From Phoronis australis (taxonomy: Eukaryota > Animalia > Phoronida), in the NCBI GenBank assembly GCA_002633005.1, contig NMRA01000107.1, positions 807,872-871,871 of the forward strand: 64,000 nucleotides of DNA, in the 5' to 3' direction. Below the pieces are notes generated by a model. The model ran no database searches. It was not told the origin of the DNA and saw only the letters and a program-made list of their open reading frames with translations. The translations under genes were made by a program, and so were the position numbers. Shown here piece after piece: positions 25,801 to 33,649 of the stretch. Within the stretch, counting starts at the first letter, position 1; each line of letters opens with the position of its first letter.

Positions 25801-28800
25801 CCGTGTCGTTTATGACCTTATCAAAATAACGCACGGAAATGGGAGTATTTCTGGGATCATTGCGTCATTACGGAAAGATTGAGCCAATTTGGAGCTAGAT
25901 TGCAAAAATACAAAGGAAGTGAGGTGTTCATTACCCACATTGTCACTTTTGGCGATAGATTGTTTAATATAATTTTCTTTCAATCTATTTTCTCACCGTT
26001 GGTGTTATATTAATTCCTTTGTTTAAACGAGAAAGTGCAGACGATAAGAATTACGTTAGACTCATTTCCTTTTCGTCAGCCATTTGCAGTTTACAGAATT
26101 ATAAATACCCGATTGTTTAATAGAGACAAAAATTCATGGTCACGGGAACTGTAGAAACTGGTCACCATTTAATCGAAAATGGAGTTTGGCTGTGCTCGCA
26201 TAATTGGACCGGACATAATGGTCTCGAAAACCTAGGATCCAACGAATAACAGGGAAAACTAACTAGAAATTGATAATTTTCCACCATGGTGTGTGAAAAG
26301 GTTTGCGCACCTTTGCTGTGCAAACCCCAAACCAACTGTGGAAACTGAATTTGATTGAACTCGCAAAATTGTGTAAATGAATGTCACCTTTTGACAGTTT
26401 GTGATGCTTTCTCTGAAGTGAAAGTTAAGCATTGAAGTGACCGCCTGCAAACAAATCCTTTTCCCTATAAATTATATAAGCTGTTAAGAAAACGTAATGT
26501 ATGTACTTATGTGTAAAGTGTGTATACTACATGTGTGCCAGCCAAAAGATGAACGAGTTGTTTACTTCTGAGTAGTGTGCACACCAATGTCCTTGTTTAT
26601 GTGTTGTAGGTTCACTTTGGGCCATGACAAAAAGCAAAAATATATGAAGCTACGTAATGACTGCTCTGTTCAATTCAGTTGAAATGTGCAAGCCTTTTTA
26701 TCCAAAAACGCTAGAGCAGAACCGTAAGCTAAGAGGAAGGTTCAGAGAAATTCATCGTGTACACATGTACATCTCCTGCACTTCCTTCTTTACTAGTTCC
26801 TGCGTAGCGTACGGAATCTGAAGTGGTGTCACTGTTACTGGTTGTTCCGTTATCAACTCCATTACCTGGCTGGTCACATTGGTCTCTTCAGGTCCATTGG
26901 TGAAGATACCACGGTAGTCATGTAGGAAATGTAATTCTTTTTCATGCTGCTATGACGTCAAGTTATCACGCAGCTCACCCTCCATGAACCTCTGACCGAA
27001 GCCCTAAGCCGCCGTCGTCAAGAAGGGTCAATTTATCAGCCTCACATACCTCAATTAACACCGCACCGATCGCTTCATCTGTCTCTTCAATGCTATCAGC
27101 CTTGCTTTCGTGATACACTTTCAACATACTGGCATGTAAGATCTTAATCTTGTCGTTCACGTTGATCCAGTAGTCCATACTTTTGGCTACTTCCTTTCCA
27201 TTGCAGGATAGATTTGTTGTGGTCTGTGGGACGTAACACTCTGTGGCCGTCTTGTAACAGTAATTTTTGTGAATACCTCAAGCATTATACAAGCTTTTCC
27301 TAGACAACTCGCAGGTCTCTTCAAACGGTTTCTGGTATCGAAGACATAGTATTTCGCACGTCGATGTTGTCTTCCTCAGTCCAGATTTCACTCAGGATCT
27401 GTATAGGATCATTAACTGTCCTGCAGTAGAGCAACTCAAAGGTTGAAAAATCATTGCGTGACTGTGGTCCTTCCAGTAAGCATTCAGGGCGACGGTCAAG
27501 TACCGGCCCAGTCTATTGATCTTTCTTGTCACATCTTCTTCTGTATGGTTTTTAATACACCCTTGATTTTACAGAGCCCAATACAACGTGGCTGTGCACT
27601 CACAAATGCAATGACCGCCTTTATCAGTCCCGGTTGCAATGTTTCACGATCACTCAGCATCGTGGTAGCGCCACTGCTGGTGACGAACTATACAGCCGAA
27701 AGGATATACCTGTTCCTCTTGTCTGAAATTGGAGCTATAGGGCCAATCACGTCAATAGCGATCCTCTTGAAAGGCTCCTCCTTCTAGGGGATCTCCCCCT
27801 AGTGATACCTCGGTGACTCACTCTTTAAGGATCGTCTTCTACCAGATATTACATGATAGTCAGAATCGGGTCACTTCTGATGCCACTCCTGGCCAATAGA
27901 CGTTGATGGTGATACGGTCAGTTGTCTTCCTAACACCGAGCTGTCAACAGAGTATGAACTCGTAGGCGAGCCTCCTCACGGACTCCCGCAACTTATTCGA
28001 TACAAAGAACTTGTTTCACCACATCACCGTCCTTATTTCTGAATAGCCAATAGAGTATCCCTCGCTGGACCTCCATCACGTATGACCCTTCCTTTGGTCT
28101 CTCGTTCAAAACTGATTCAGCATAATCCCACAACATTTTATGTGGTGAATCTCCCTGCTGGGTTTCTTTGAGCCGCCGTGGTCCTACCTCCTGTACGGTC
28201 CAAGATACAGCTGACGGCTTCATGTACACTTTCTGTTGCTCTTCTTGAGCCCTGAGCTGCATACTTCAGGATCTGTCACCCCTGACATATCGACCATCTT
28301 CACTTCCAGTGGGATTGAAGACACTTGATTTTAATTCTGGAGGTAGTACCCACTCGAGAGTCATCTTTCGGTCCCTCCACCTGGCTATTGCCTGCCCCGT
28401 CCTTGTTGACGGTAGTCGCAGTCTGCTGTCACTCGACATTCCTTGCGTCCAAGGTGCCAGGTACGTCGTCCACGATAATCTAATCGGCCACTGGACGCTC
28501 CATACACATCTCGAACACCTCTCCCATTTGGTACGGTATGCCAATGTTCATCTTGGCGACTTGAATCCAACTCTTGGTTGAGTCTGAAAACTCTCGTGGT
28601 GCGACTAAAATGGTTCGAACCACAATAATGAGGCAGCATGTATCTCTCAGCAAGGAGAAATTCTTAGTGCCGACAAACCCGTCCTTCAGACACAGCTTTC
28701 CTTTGAAGGCGCGTCCAGAGTTAACACGCTTCACCGACTCCATCGCTTCAATGTGTGAACCTCAGTGAATGATTTCTGCTGACTTTTGGTGATACTTTAT

Positions 28801-31800
28801 GAGACAGAGAAAGCATATTTCCTCTGCGAAGCCAGTCTTCTTCCGATCTACCCACTGGGTGTCTGGTTTAACTGTTCAGTCTTGGGACGTTTTCGGTAGC
28901 AACTGAGTGCTCGTTACATCTACTCCATGGGCATCAATATATATCTCTATCAAGCTACCCATCTCTGGAAAAGTTGTGGGTATCCACTCTCTTAGGAACA
29001 ACGGCGAGTCTTTGGTAGAGGTGTTCACAAACTGCTCACGCACCATCAGGTCTCTCAGCTCAGAGAAATCTTTGCTGCAGTGAGTCATGTCAATCTAGTT
29101 GTCTTAATAGAGCGCCCCTCTCAGCCCTCGCTTCCCAGAATCCTGAATCTTCCTTAGTCATTTCACACCGCTTCAGCAAGGCTCTTCTGAGTGTAGCACA
29201 GTCCAATGCATCGGACCCTGGGACCTTGCCTGATAACAAGGGATTGAGGACAGTTACCCATTCACTTTTGATCTAAGCCTTACTCTCGGCGTATCTTTCA
29301 AACCTTTTCAGGGATGTCTATGTTGCCCTGCTTTTCGTCAAATTCATGTAGGTTCGGTTTAATGCCACCAGTTGTCCTCGCAGGGTTACACTCAGCTGCA
29401 ACCTACTCAGGTTTGAGCTTGCAAGCGCCCTCTCACGTACCATTTTCTCTATGTCCGTCTACCGTTTGGCCTCACGGGCTTACCTTCTTTCCTCGGTCTC
29501 ACGAGCTTGCCTCCTTTCCTCAGCCTCAGCCTTACGGATTTACGTGTAACAGGCCTCAGCTAGTTGTTTCTCCACAACTGAAGATCGTCTCCCTGCAAAC
29601 CCGAGGGTCATTTACTCTCTTACTTGTGGTCTTGTCTCCAGGCAAGGAGGCAGATCAATAACGAGCTCCTCTTGAATTGCTTCATTTAGATTCACTATTG
29701 AGACGTGTTCCATGGCCATAGTGGTGGCAAAATTTGATTCCACCACCTTAATTAGTACTTAAAAGAATGAATCTATACAGCAAAACAGCAAACAGCATCT
29801 ACATAAAAAGAGAAGTCATAGAGAGATTGCTAGGGATGCAATGTGATAGCTGCCTTGGCAAATAGAGCAAATCAGAGTTTCCGTAAATGAATTTTTGGCC
29901 CATTTAATTTTAAGATGGTGATTAAAATTTCCCATTCCCTGCCAATGCATCCATACAGAAGACTTTAAAAATATATTATCATTTTCAAGTTATTATGATC
30001 ATGTCCCATAATTTTTGAGATACCCTGTATAGAGCAGCGGGCTCAGTAACATGATTGAGTTCGTTATGTGTGTACATGTATCTTTGAATAAATAGCCAAC
30101 GTGCTCTTGAAAAATGGACCTCCATTTTCATAATGTGCCAAGAGATTTTAATCAATTATTTTTCAATAACAAACGCTTCTTATGAAAATATGCAACCTAC
30201 GTAACAGTGCTGTCAGTTGGGATGCCAATAACCGGTAACCTCGTTATACAATCTATCAAATGCTGTTGGGTCTGTCAAGCTACTAAAATCAAAAACAAGT
30301 CAAAATGAAGTAGTAAACATTTTCCTCTGTTATACACTGTACATGTACGTTGGGAATTTGTTCATTATTTGCAAACACCAGTTTGTTTAAAACTTTTAGT
30401 GGCGAGAATTAGAGTATCAGTTAAAATTGTTGTCATTTTACTTCTCAGGTATCGAGACACCTCCAAAGACTTCCATGATCTTGCGCTTTCGCGAGTTTCT
30501 TACATCTAACATATCCATGGATCTTTTTCATAAATGCACGAGACATTACATTCCAATAGAATGTAGTAAGTCATCCAGCCAAAGCACAGAGAAATGCACC
30601 AGTACAAATTAGACCCACACTGTGTGTTGATATGCTCCCACTGTGTGCGTCGCAGATGGTAAATGTGCAGTCGGTGCTTATGTTTCCTTACAATGACACG
30701 GACTACTACCGTAGCACCACTGGCGGGCATTTCAAAACATGAGATTTATTAAAAAACCCCTTTTTGTTCCAAAAAGGTCCATGGCGCTTTTTCGGGGATG
30801 GCCGCTTTTTAAGAATCTTGATTTTGTCCTGTTGACACATCCTAATGTTTTTTGACAAAACTCAATGACACGATGGCTAGTATATGCCGCTTAATTACCG
30901 TTCAGTTAGTATCAGTGCAAACCTTGCTCATTATCATTTCAACACCAAACATCCATTTACGGATGGTGTAATATTAAAAGGCTCTATTAGCGCACAAACA
31001 AGAAAGAAAAAAACACCAGTATAGTTTTCGGATCATAGCTTTTACTTTTTATATTTAAAGCGGGTATAAACCCGCCTTCCATTAGAAAACAAAAGAAATC
31101 TTGATTTACATCACTGTCAATTCTGATATTGTTTACATTTTTAGTCAAAGTGACGGTGAAATCAGGGCTTCGAAAGAGCTATATGTAACATTTATTTGTT
31201 ACTTGAAACCAGGATCTTCAATTCGGATGGTCACGGCTTGTCAGTTTCTGTACTCAGCCTGACAGCTCTTTGCAGACCCAGAAACCATTACCCATCTAAC
31301 TAAAGAACAACTTGAAATCAATCTTAAAGCTGTAAGTGGTCTAAACAAGAAGTTCTTTACTTCAACGGAACGCCGCGGTTAAAAGCGTTTTCAAAATTTC
31401 TTCCAAACTTTTGAGCGACTGTCAAGCTAGTAGTTGTACATGTAGTGCCGCAGACGAATTTACCGTTTGTTGTTGAAAGCGTTGATAAATGCATATGTCA
31501 TTATGGCTAATATAGCTGGCTCTGCATGACATCCCGCTTATGAATGTATGGCATCCATCATCCTGCACGTTATGCCACGTGACAACTGTTATGTGTTCAA
31601 CTGATTGTGACATCATTACAGTCCGTATTAGACTTAAACAACCTCCAGCATAAGTGACAGCTTTGGCAGCATCCATTCTAAAGACAATTTTCACCAATTT
31701 TTTAAGTTGTTCGAAAATAACGCAATTCGATTTTACGTAATTTATCGTTTATATCTAACACGAAAATGCTTAGTAATAGTTATGGGTATTACATATTTTG

Positions 31801-33558
31801 TTTAAAAAAGCACGCATAATTGTTGAGCGCGATAGTCAAACAAATTACACAGAAGTGTGTACATGTACGTTATGCATACTGGCGACCTTCTGTATCTGTG
31901 ACGACTGGCAGGAACATACTAAGGCGATCGTAAATATGATTGGTTCGGAAATGCATCTATTTTCATTGTTTTAAACAGTTTTTGGGAACACTGAGGTTAT
32001 TGTGTTATCCAAATGCGGAACTGTCACATTGAAAAACGCAAAATATAAAGAAGTACTGTTGTTTGACATTACAGTGACCCTAAAATCGCATTGATAGTAG
32101 GTCTTTTGCGACAATCGTAAAACTCTAATAAAGAACGCACAGATAAGTTACGGCTCGAGTTAGTCGCCACTGGATTGTGGAAGTCTTTGTTCAAACCTGT
32201 TAATGGCCCAATCGGACTTATCTTTGAAAGTCTCGCTGAGCTCTCCACAAATCCCAATACAAAAACACGGCCCTCAGTCGACCAGGAAAATGTATGATTT
32301 CCCAAAGTCTTCACATTTTTGCTTTTTGGTATGGCTTTCTGCTGGGCATGCACTCTTTCAGAAACGATTACACATTTGGAAAAGTTTAAGCTATCTATAA
32401 AAAGCGATATTTCGGAAATCTGTAGAATGGACAACACCTTTGCTTTGCCCGTTTCCATTATGACGGCACAAATCGAACTGTGCATCAAGAGTACCATTTG
32501 TACGTGCGAACTTTGAATTATGCTAACGTACAAACCCCAGCATCATTCCACAGAATAACATTTGTCTGTTTAGTTCGTATGCCTAATCTTTGTTCTTATG
32601 GTTTACTTTTTCATTCGTATGCATGATGTTTTCAGTAGTTGGTACGTAAGATGTGGTTCGTACGTATGATTCGAATGTCGTACATACACGTACATGTACA
32701 TGTATGATTGTCTAACACCCGTGAACATGTACACAGCAAAGCAAGACACTGAATTATCTTTCCCGCGTCATGTGGTCAATCAGTTGAGTTGTTGTGTATA
32801 AAGAATTGAGAAAACTATATTTCTATGCTTAATGACTGTTGGAAAGTCATTTTATTATGAACATTTTTTAAAATAAAGGTTTATGTGGGAAATTTCAATG
32901 TACATGTACTTACCCGGGCGCCAGGAGGTGGATTATGGTTTTTCGGCTTGCCGTCATCTCCAATAATAACGACAGGTGCAGACCTGGCGTTAATGAGCTC
33001 ATTTCGTTTGGTTCTGAGTCGAAACTGTGCACCATGCGCATCAAAACTGACATCTAAACCGCCATTGTTGTTCTTGGTTGCAACGAATCCAACTGCAAAA
33101 TGTAATTATAGGATTTCTGATTGCAGGCCCTGGGTTTTTTTCAATCATTGTTCATAAATCTAAATTGATACAGCAGACATTTCTAGAGATAAGACCAGCT
33201 AGATAACGCTGTTCTTCAAGCATTGATTGTTTGCAGTCAGGTTATGAATAACCCACAAAAATAACAAACTATTCAATCAACTTGCCAACTGAATGAAAAT
33301 GAAAACTCACCAGTGTCTCTAATACAATGTTCTCTAAAGTATTACAAGAAATTGTGTTTGTAAAATGTGTCCGTAAAATTTTGGACTCATTAGTTTTGAA
33401 GCATTTAAAATGTCGAAAACGTTGCAAAAATGTAAAAACGACAATGTAACTGTAAATGCGTTTTCGAGATTTCTATTTTAAAAATAGCGCTTACCTTCTT
33501 CAGTGACATCCGCTTTCACTAACGAGGCGATAGCAACGACCAACATCAAAACATTCAT
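569..33558 (-). CDS. ADAMTS-like / MIG-17-like M12B zinc metalloprotease, spliced gene, 15 exons (3' end unresolved)
   Basis: Exons 33495-33558, 32914-33092, 24913-24987, 24422-24557, 19869-20038, 16278-16355, 14922-15079, 14591-14628, 12458-12566, 11434-11571, 9586-9730, 5569-5719, 4460-4540, 1009-1095, 569-655. All introns are GT-AG with matching phases and join into one ORF of about 565 aa containing a signal peptide, RERR, HELGHNLGADHD, HIMDP, LPGQIYSADVQC and CVALWC...GTDCGKDMWCKNGKC. Confidence 0.88.
1009..1095 (-). CDS. Metalloprotease exon 14 (Ser/Thr-rich repeat exon)
   Basis: ttttacag|(A)STSTSTTVTSKITTVFPASSISAQTTES-G|gtaaac; phase 1-1, 87 nt. Confidence 0.72.
3245..3506. repeat. 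Dispersed MITE-like repeat (family C)
   Basis: Reverse-complement homologue at about 21420-21665 (TTTCTCGGAC...CTCTGAAGC-GACCTTTTTGCCCA). Confidence 0.6.
4460..4540 (-). CDS. Metalloprotease exon 13 (Ser/Thr-rich, mucin-like)
   Basis: ttttttcag|(D)SSITTTASTSATSKITSTDDVKTTDS-G|gtataa; phase 1-1, 81 nt. Confidence 0.75.
4620..5205 (+). mobile_element. HINE/DINE-1-like element fragment
   Basis: Shares GCCACT.GGTGGCGC and AAATTTCA.GAAC blocks, (GACA/GACG)n and the ATGACGGCA tail with 54585-54812. Confidence 0.5.
5569..5719 (-). CDS. Metalloprotease exon 12 (disintegrin-like/Cys-rich)
   Basis: ttttacag|WVYDKKGYNKCVALWCKTSGGGCETRYTFAATGTDCGKDMWCKNGKCVPK-G|gtaatc. Confidence 0.95.
6133..6288 (+). 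mobile_element. MITE family A copy (about 150 bp, CNG target duplication)
   Basis: GCGTACGTTCAGTA...GCTGAACGGGAGG flanked by CTG/CTG. Confidence 0.8.
6837..6993 (+). mobile_element. GC-rich short MITE family B copy
   Basis: CAGG(A/G)GCGGATCCAGG...AAATCCGCCAC ends; homologous to 18612-18755 and 25234-25395. Confidence 0.65.
7576..7980. mobile_element. MITE nested in the Harbinger-type element
   Basis: Inverted ends AATCTTTTTACTCGAAA / TTTCGAGTACAAAGATT; internal ACTCGA repeats. Confidence 0.55.
8251..8945 (+). mobile_element. Second, truncated copy of the same Harbinger-type element
   Basis: Colinear with 6034-6690; Myb/SANT-like remnant VNVTENNEIG...QTWRAI...KGHLEHYKIKATEKTSAEKKLERKT (ORF 8685-9092). 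Confidence 0.7.
8338..8476 (-). mobile_element. MITE family A copy
   Basis: Reverse orientation, CCTCCCGTTCAGTA...TACTGAACGCACGC, flanked by CTG/CTG. Confidence 0.85.
9018..9071. repeat. (TG)n microsatellite
   Basis: TG/TGCG run. Confidence 0.9.
9586..9730 (-). CDS. Metalloprotease exon 11 (disintegrin-like domain start)
   Basis: ttttcag|T-DRQCVKDQ...KLPGQIYSADVQCQQMYGEDSGECGQ|gtaagg; ADAMTS 'LPGxxYsadxQC' motif. Confidence 0.93.
10949..11087. repeat. Long imperfect palindrome (about 60-bp arms)
   Basis: AATCCTACACT...CTCAGGTTTATGA...GGAAATTTCGTCAAAA / TTTTGACGAAATTTCC...TCATAAACCTGAG...AGTGTAGGATT. Confidence 0.8.
11434..11571 (-). CDS. Metalloprotease exon 10 (third His, Met-turn)
   Basis: ttcttag|T-LGADHDGDNGCKEANHIMDPDGGSSNLGNVFYFSSCSVNEFKKTL-AG|gtaaag; completes HELGHNLGADHD and contains the FSxCS motif. 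Confidence 0.95.
12458..12566 (-). CDS. Metalloprotease exon 9 (zinc-binding motif, first part)
   Basis: ttaacag|GFAPMADICSASRSISITESHGGFGCIAIAAHELGH-AA|gtaagt. Confidence 0.95.
12675..12746 (-). pseudogene. tRNA-derived sequence (SINE-head-like / pseudo-tRNA)
   Basis: A-box-like TGGTGTAGTGG and B-box-like GGTTCGAAAG at tRNA spacing; the anticodon arm does not pair well. Confidence 0.45.
12938..13088 (+). mobile_element. MITE family A copy
   Basis: GCGTGCGTTCAGTA...TACTGAACGGGAGG flanked by CGG/CGG. Confidence 0.85.
14591..14628 (-). CDS. Metalloprotease exon 8 (38-nt mini-exon)
   Basis: ttgttctag|C-LEFTDKGSKSVA-G|gtattg; bridges phase 2 to phase 1 as the flanking exons require. Confidence 0.85.
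14922..15079 (-). CDS. Metalloprotease exon 7
   Basis: tttcag|SPAGSPWYEKNK...DVKPALEGLQSYMTKHRSELPKHDHAFSFS-AA|gtgagc; HDHA motif of M12B proteases. Confidence 0.92.
16278..16355 (-). CDS. Metalloprotease exon 6
   Basis: tttcag|VDLLYQNIQDNNINIFLTLAGYVIAE|gtaagt; phase 0-0. Confidence 0.9.
16779..17147. mobile_element. MITE-like element
   Basis: Inverted CTGACAC(A/G)GAGCAA blocks and repeated GT(G/C)TAAACG motifs. Confidence 0.45.
18123..18164 (+). ncRNA. Minimal hammerhead ribozyme motif (Penelope-like-element type)
   Basis: CTT-CTGATGA-T-GGTGTT(TCAATG)AACGCC-GAAAC-AT-GTC^AGG: core boxes, 6-bp stem II, palindromic ACATGT stem III, GUC triplet. Confidence 0.55.
18612..18755 (+). mobile_element. 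MITE family B copy
   Basis: Same internal sequence and ends as 6837-6993. Confidence 0.65.
19869..20038 (-). CDS. Metalloprotease exon 5 (furin site, start of catalytic domain)
   Basis: ctacag|..TRVVRERR/NAGNIVAGIESLVMVDYTLWKKFY...HYFAYVIHG|gtaagt; RERR plus the IExLVxVD strand typical of reprolysins. Confidence 0.92.
21420..21665. repeat. Dispersed MITE-like repeat (family C)
   Basis: Inverted copy of 3245-3506; ends CATGCGCGCAC / GTGCGTGCATG. Confidence 0.6.
21753..22331. mobile_element. Harbinger-type MITE
   Basis: TIR GGACCCGTTTCATGAA / TTCATGAAACGGGGCC. Confidence 0.6.
22504..22696. mobile_element. Short MITE
   Basis: TIR GATCGCGTTTACAC / GTGTGAACGCGATC. Confidence 0.6.
22848..22995. 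repeat. Imperfect (CTG)n trinucleotide microsatellite
   Basis: About 48 triplets dominated by CTG/TTG; source of the spurious poly-L and poly-S ORFs. Confidence 0.95.
24422..24557 (-). CDS. Metalloprotease exon 4 (prodomain)
   Basis: ttttcag|LSGHVARNDDLYEITQTGDNTLAVVKKRKVAKSRNSGTFVDFQDI-T|gtaagt; resembles prodomain 'LxGxIxxxxxxYxIxP'. Confidence 0.8.
24913..24987 (-). CDS. Metalloprotease exon 3 (prodomain)
   Basis: tttgatag|DVDDRDVFGSVDKSSLVVLKRSGGL|gtaagc; phase 0-0, 75 nt. Confidence 0.75.
25234..25395 (+). mobile_element. MITE family B copy
   Basis: CAGGGGCGGAT...ATCCGCCACTG inverted termini. Confidence 0.7.
26770..29620 (-). mobile_element. Decayed Ty3/Gypsy LTR retrotransposon internal region, Gmr1-like (gag-PR-INT-RT start)
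   Basis: gag RFERYAE...W...L.PLLSGK and LRDLMVREQF; protease LLRDTCC; integrase LGVRKTTDRITINVYWPGV, EPFKRIAIDVIGPI, FELLY; then RT N-terminus IFTNGP...QPVTVTPLQIPYATQELVKKEVQEM. Many stops and frameshifts; no LTRs seen. Confidence 0.9.
30449..32550 (+). pseudogene. Possible decayed KDZ (Kyakuja-Dileera-Zisupton)/HMGXB3-like transposase
   Basis: Ordered fragments AFASFLHLT; VC*YAPTVCVADGK; ITHLTKEQLEINLKA (SAP-like); PKVFTFLLFG...SE...MDNTFALPVSIMT. Resemblance from memory only; heavily degraded. Confidence 0.35.
32914..33092 (-). CDS. Metalloprotease exon 2 (prodomain)
   Basis: ttttgcag|...GLDVSFDAHGAQFRLRTKRNELINARSAPVVIIGDDGKPK...PGAR|gtaagt; resembles the ADAM prodomain 'AFGxxFxLxLxRN' motif. 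Confidence 0.85.
33495..33558 (-). CDS. Metalloprotease exon 1 (signal peptide)
   Basis: MNVLMLVVAIASLVKADVTEE, then G|gtaagc donor (phase 1); hydrophobic core with a VKA cleavage-like site. Confidence 0.8.
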
Positions 33559-33642
33559 CTCAACTTTACCTATGGTTCTGTACAATATCTGAACGAAGGT
33601 TGGCTAAGATCAATTGGTCGGTTTTCGGTTCGGTTGAGATGA

Positions 33643-33649
33643 TTTTATA
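33643..33649 (-). promoter_or_regulatory. Candidate TATA box of the metalloprotease gene
   Basis: TATAAAA on the minus strand about 85 nt upstream of the ATG at 33558; motif only. Confidence 0.3.

Noticed and set aside
30000-30030. Tc1/mariner-like TIR (TTTTGAGATACCCTGTA)
   Set aside because: No matching partner TIR found in the window.
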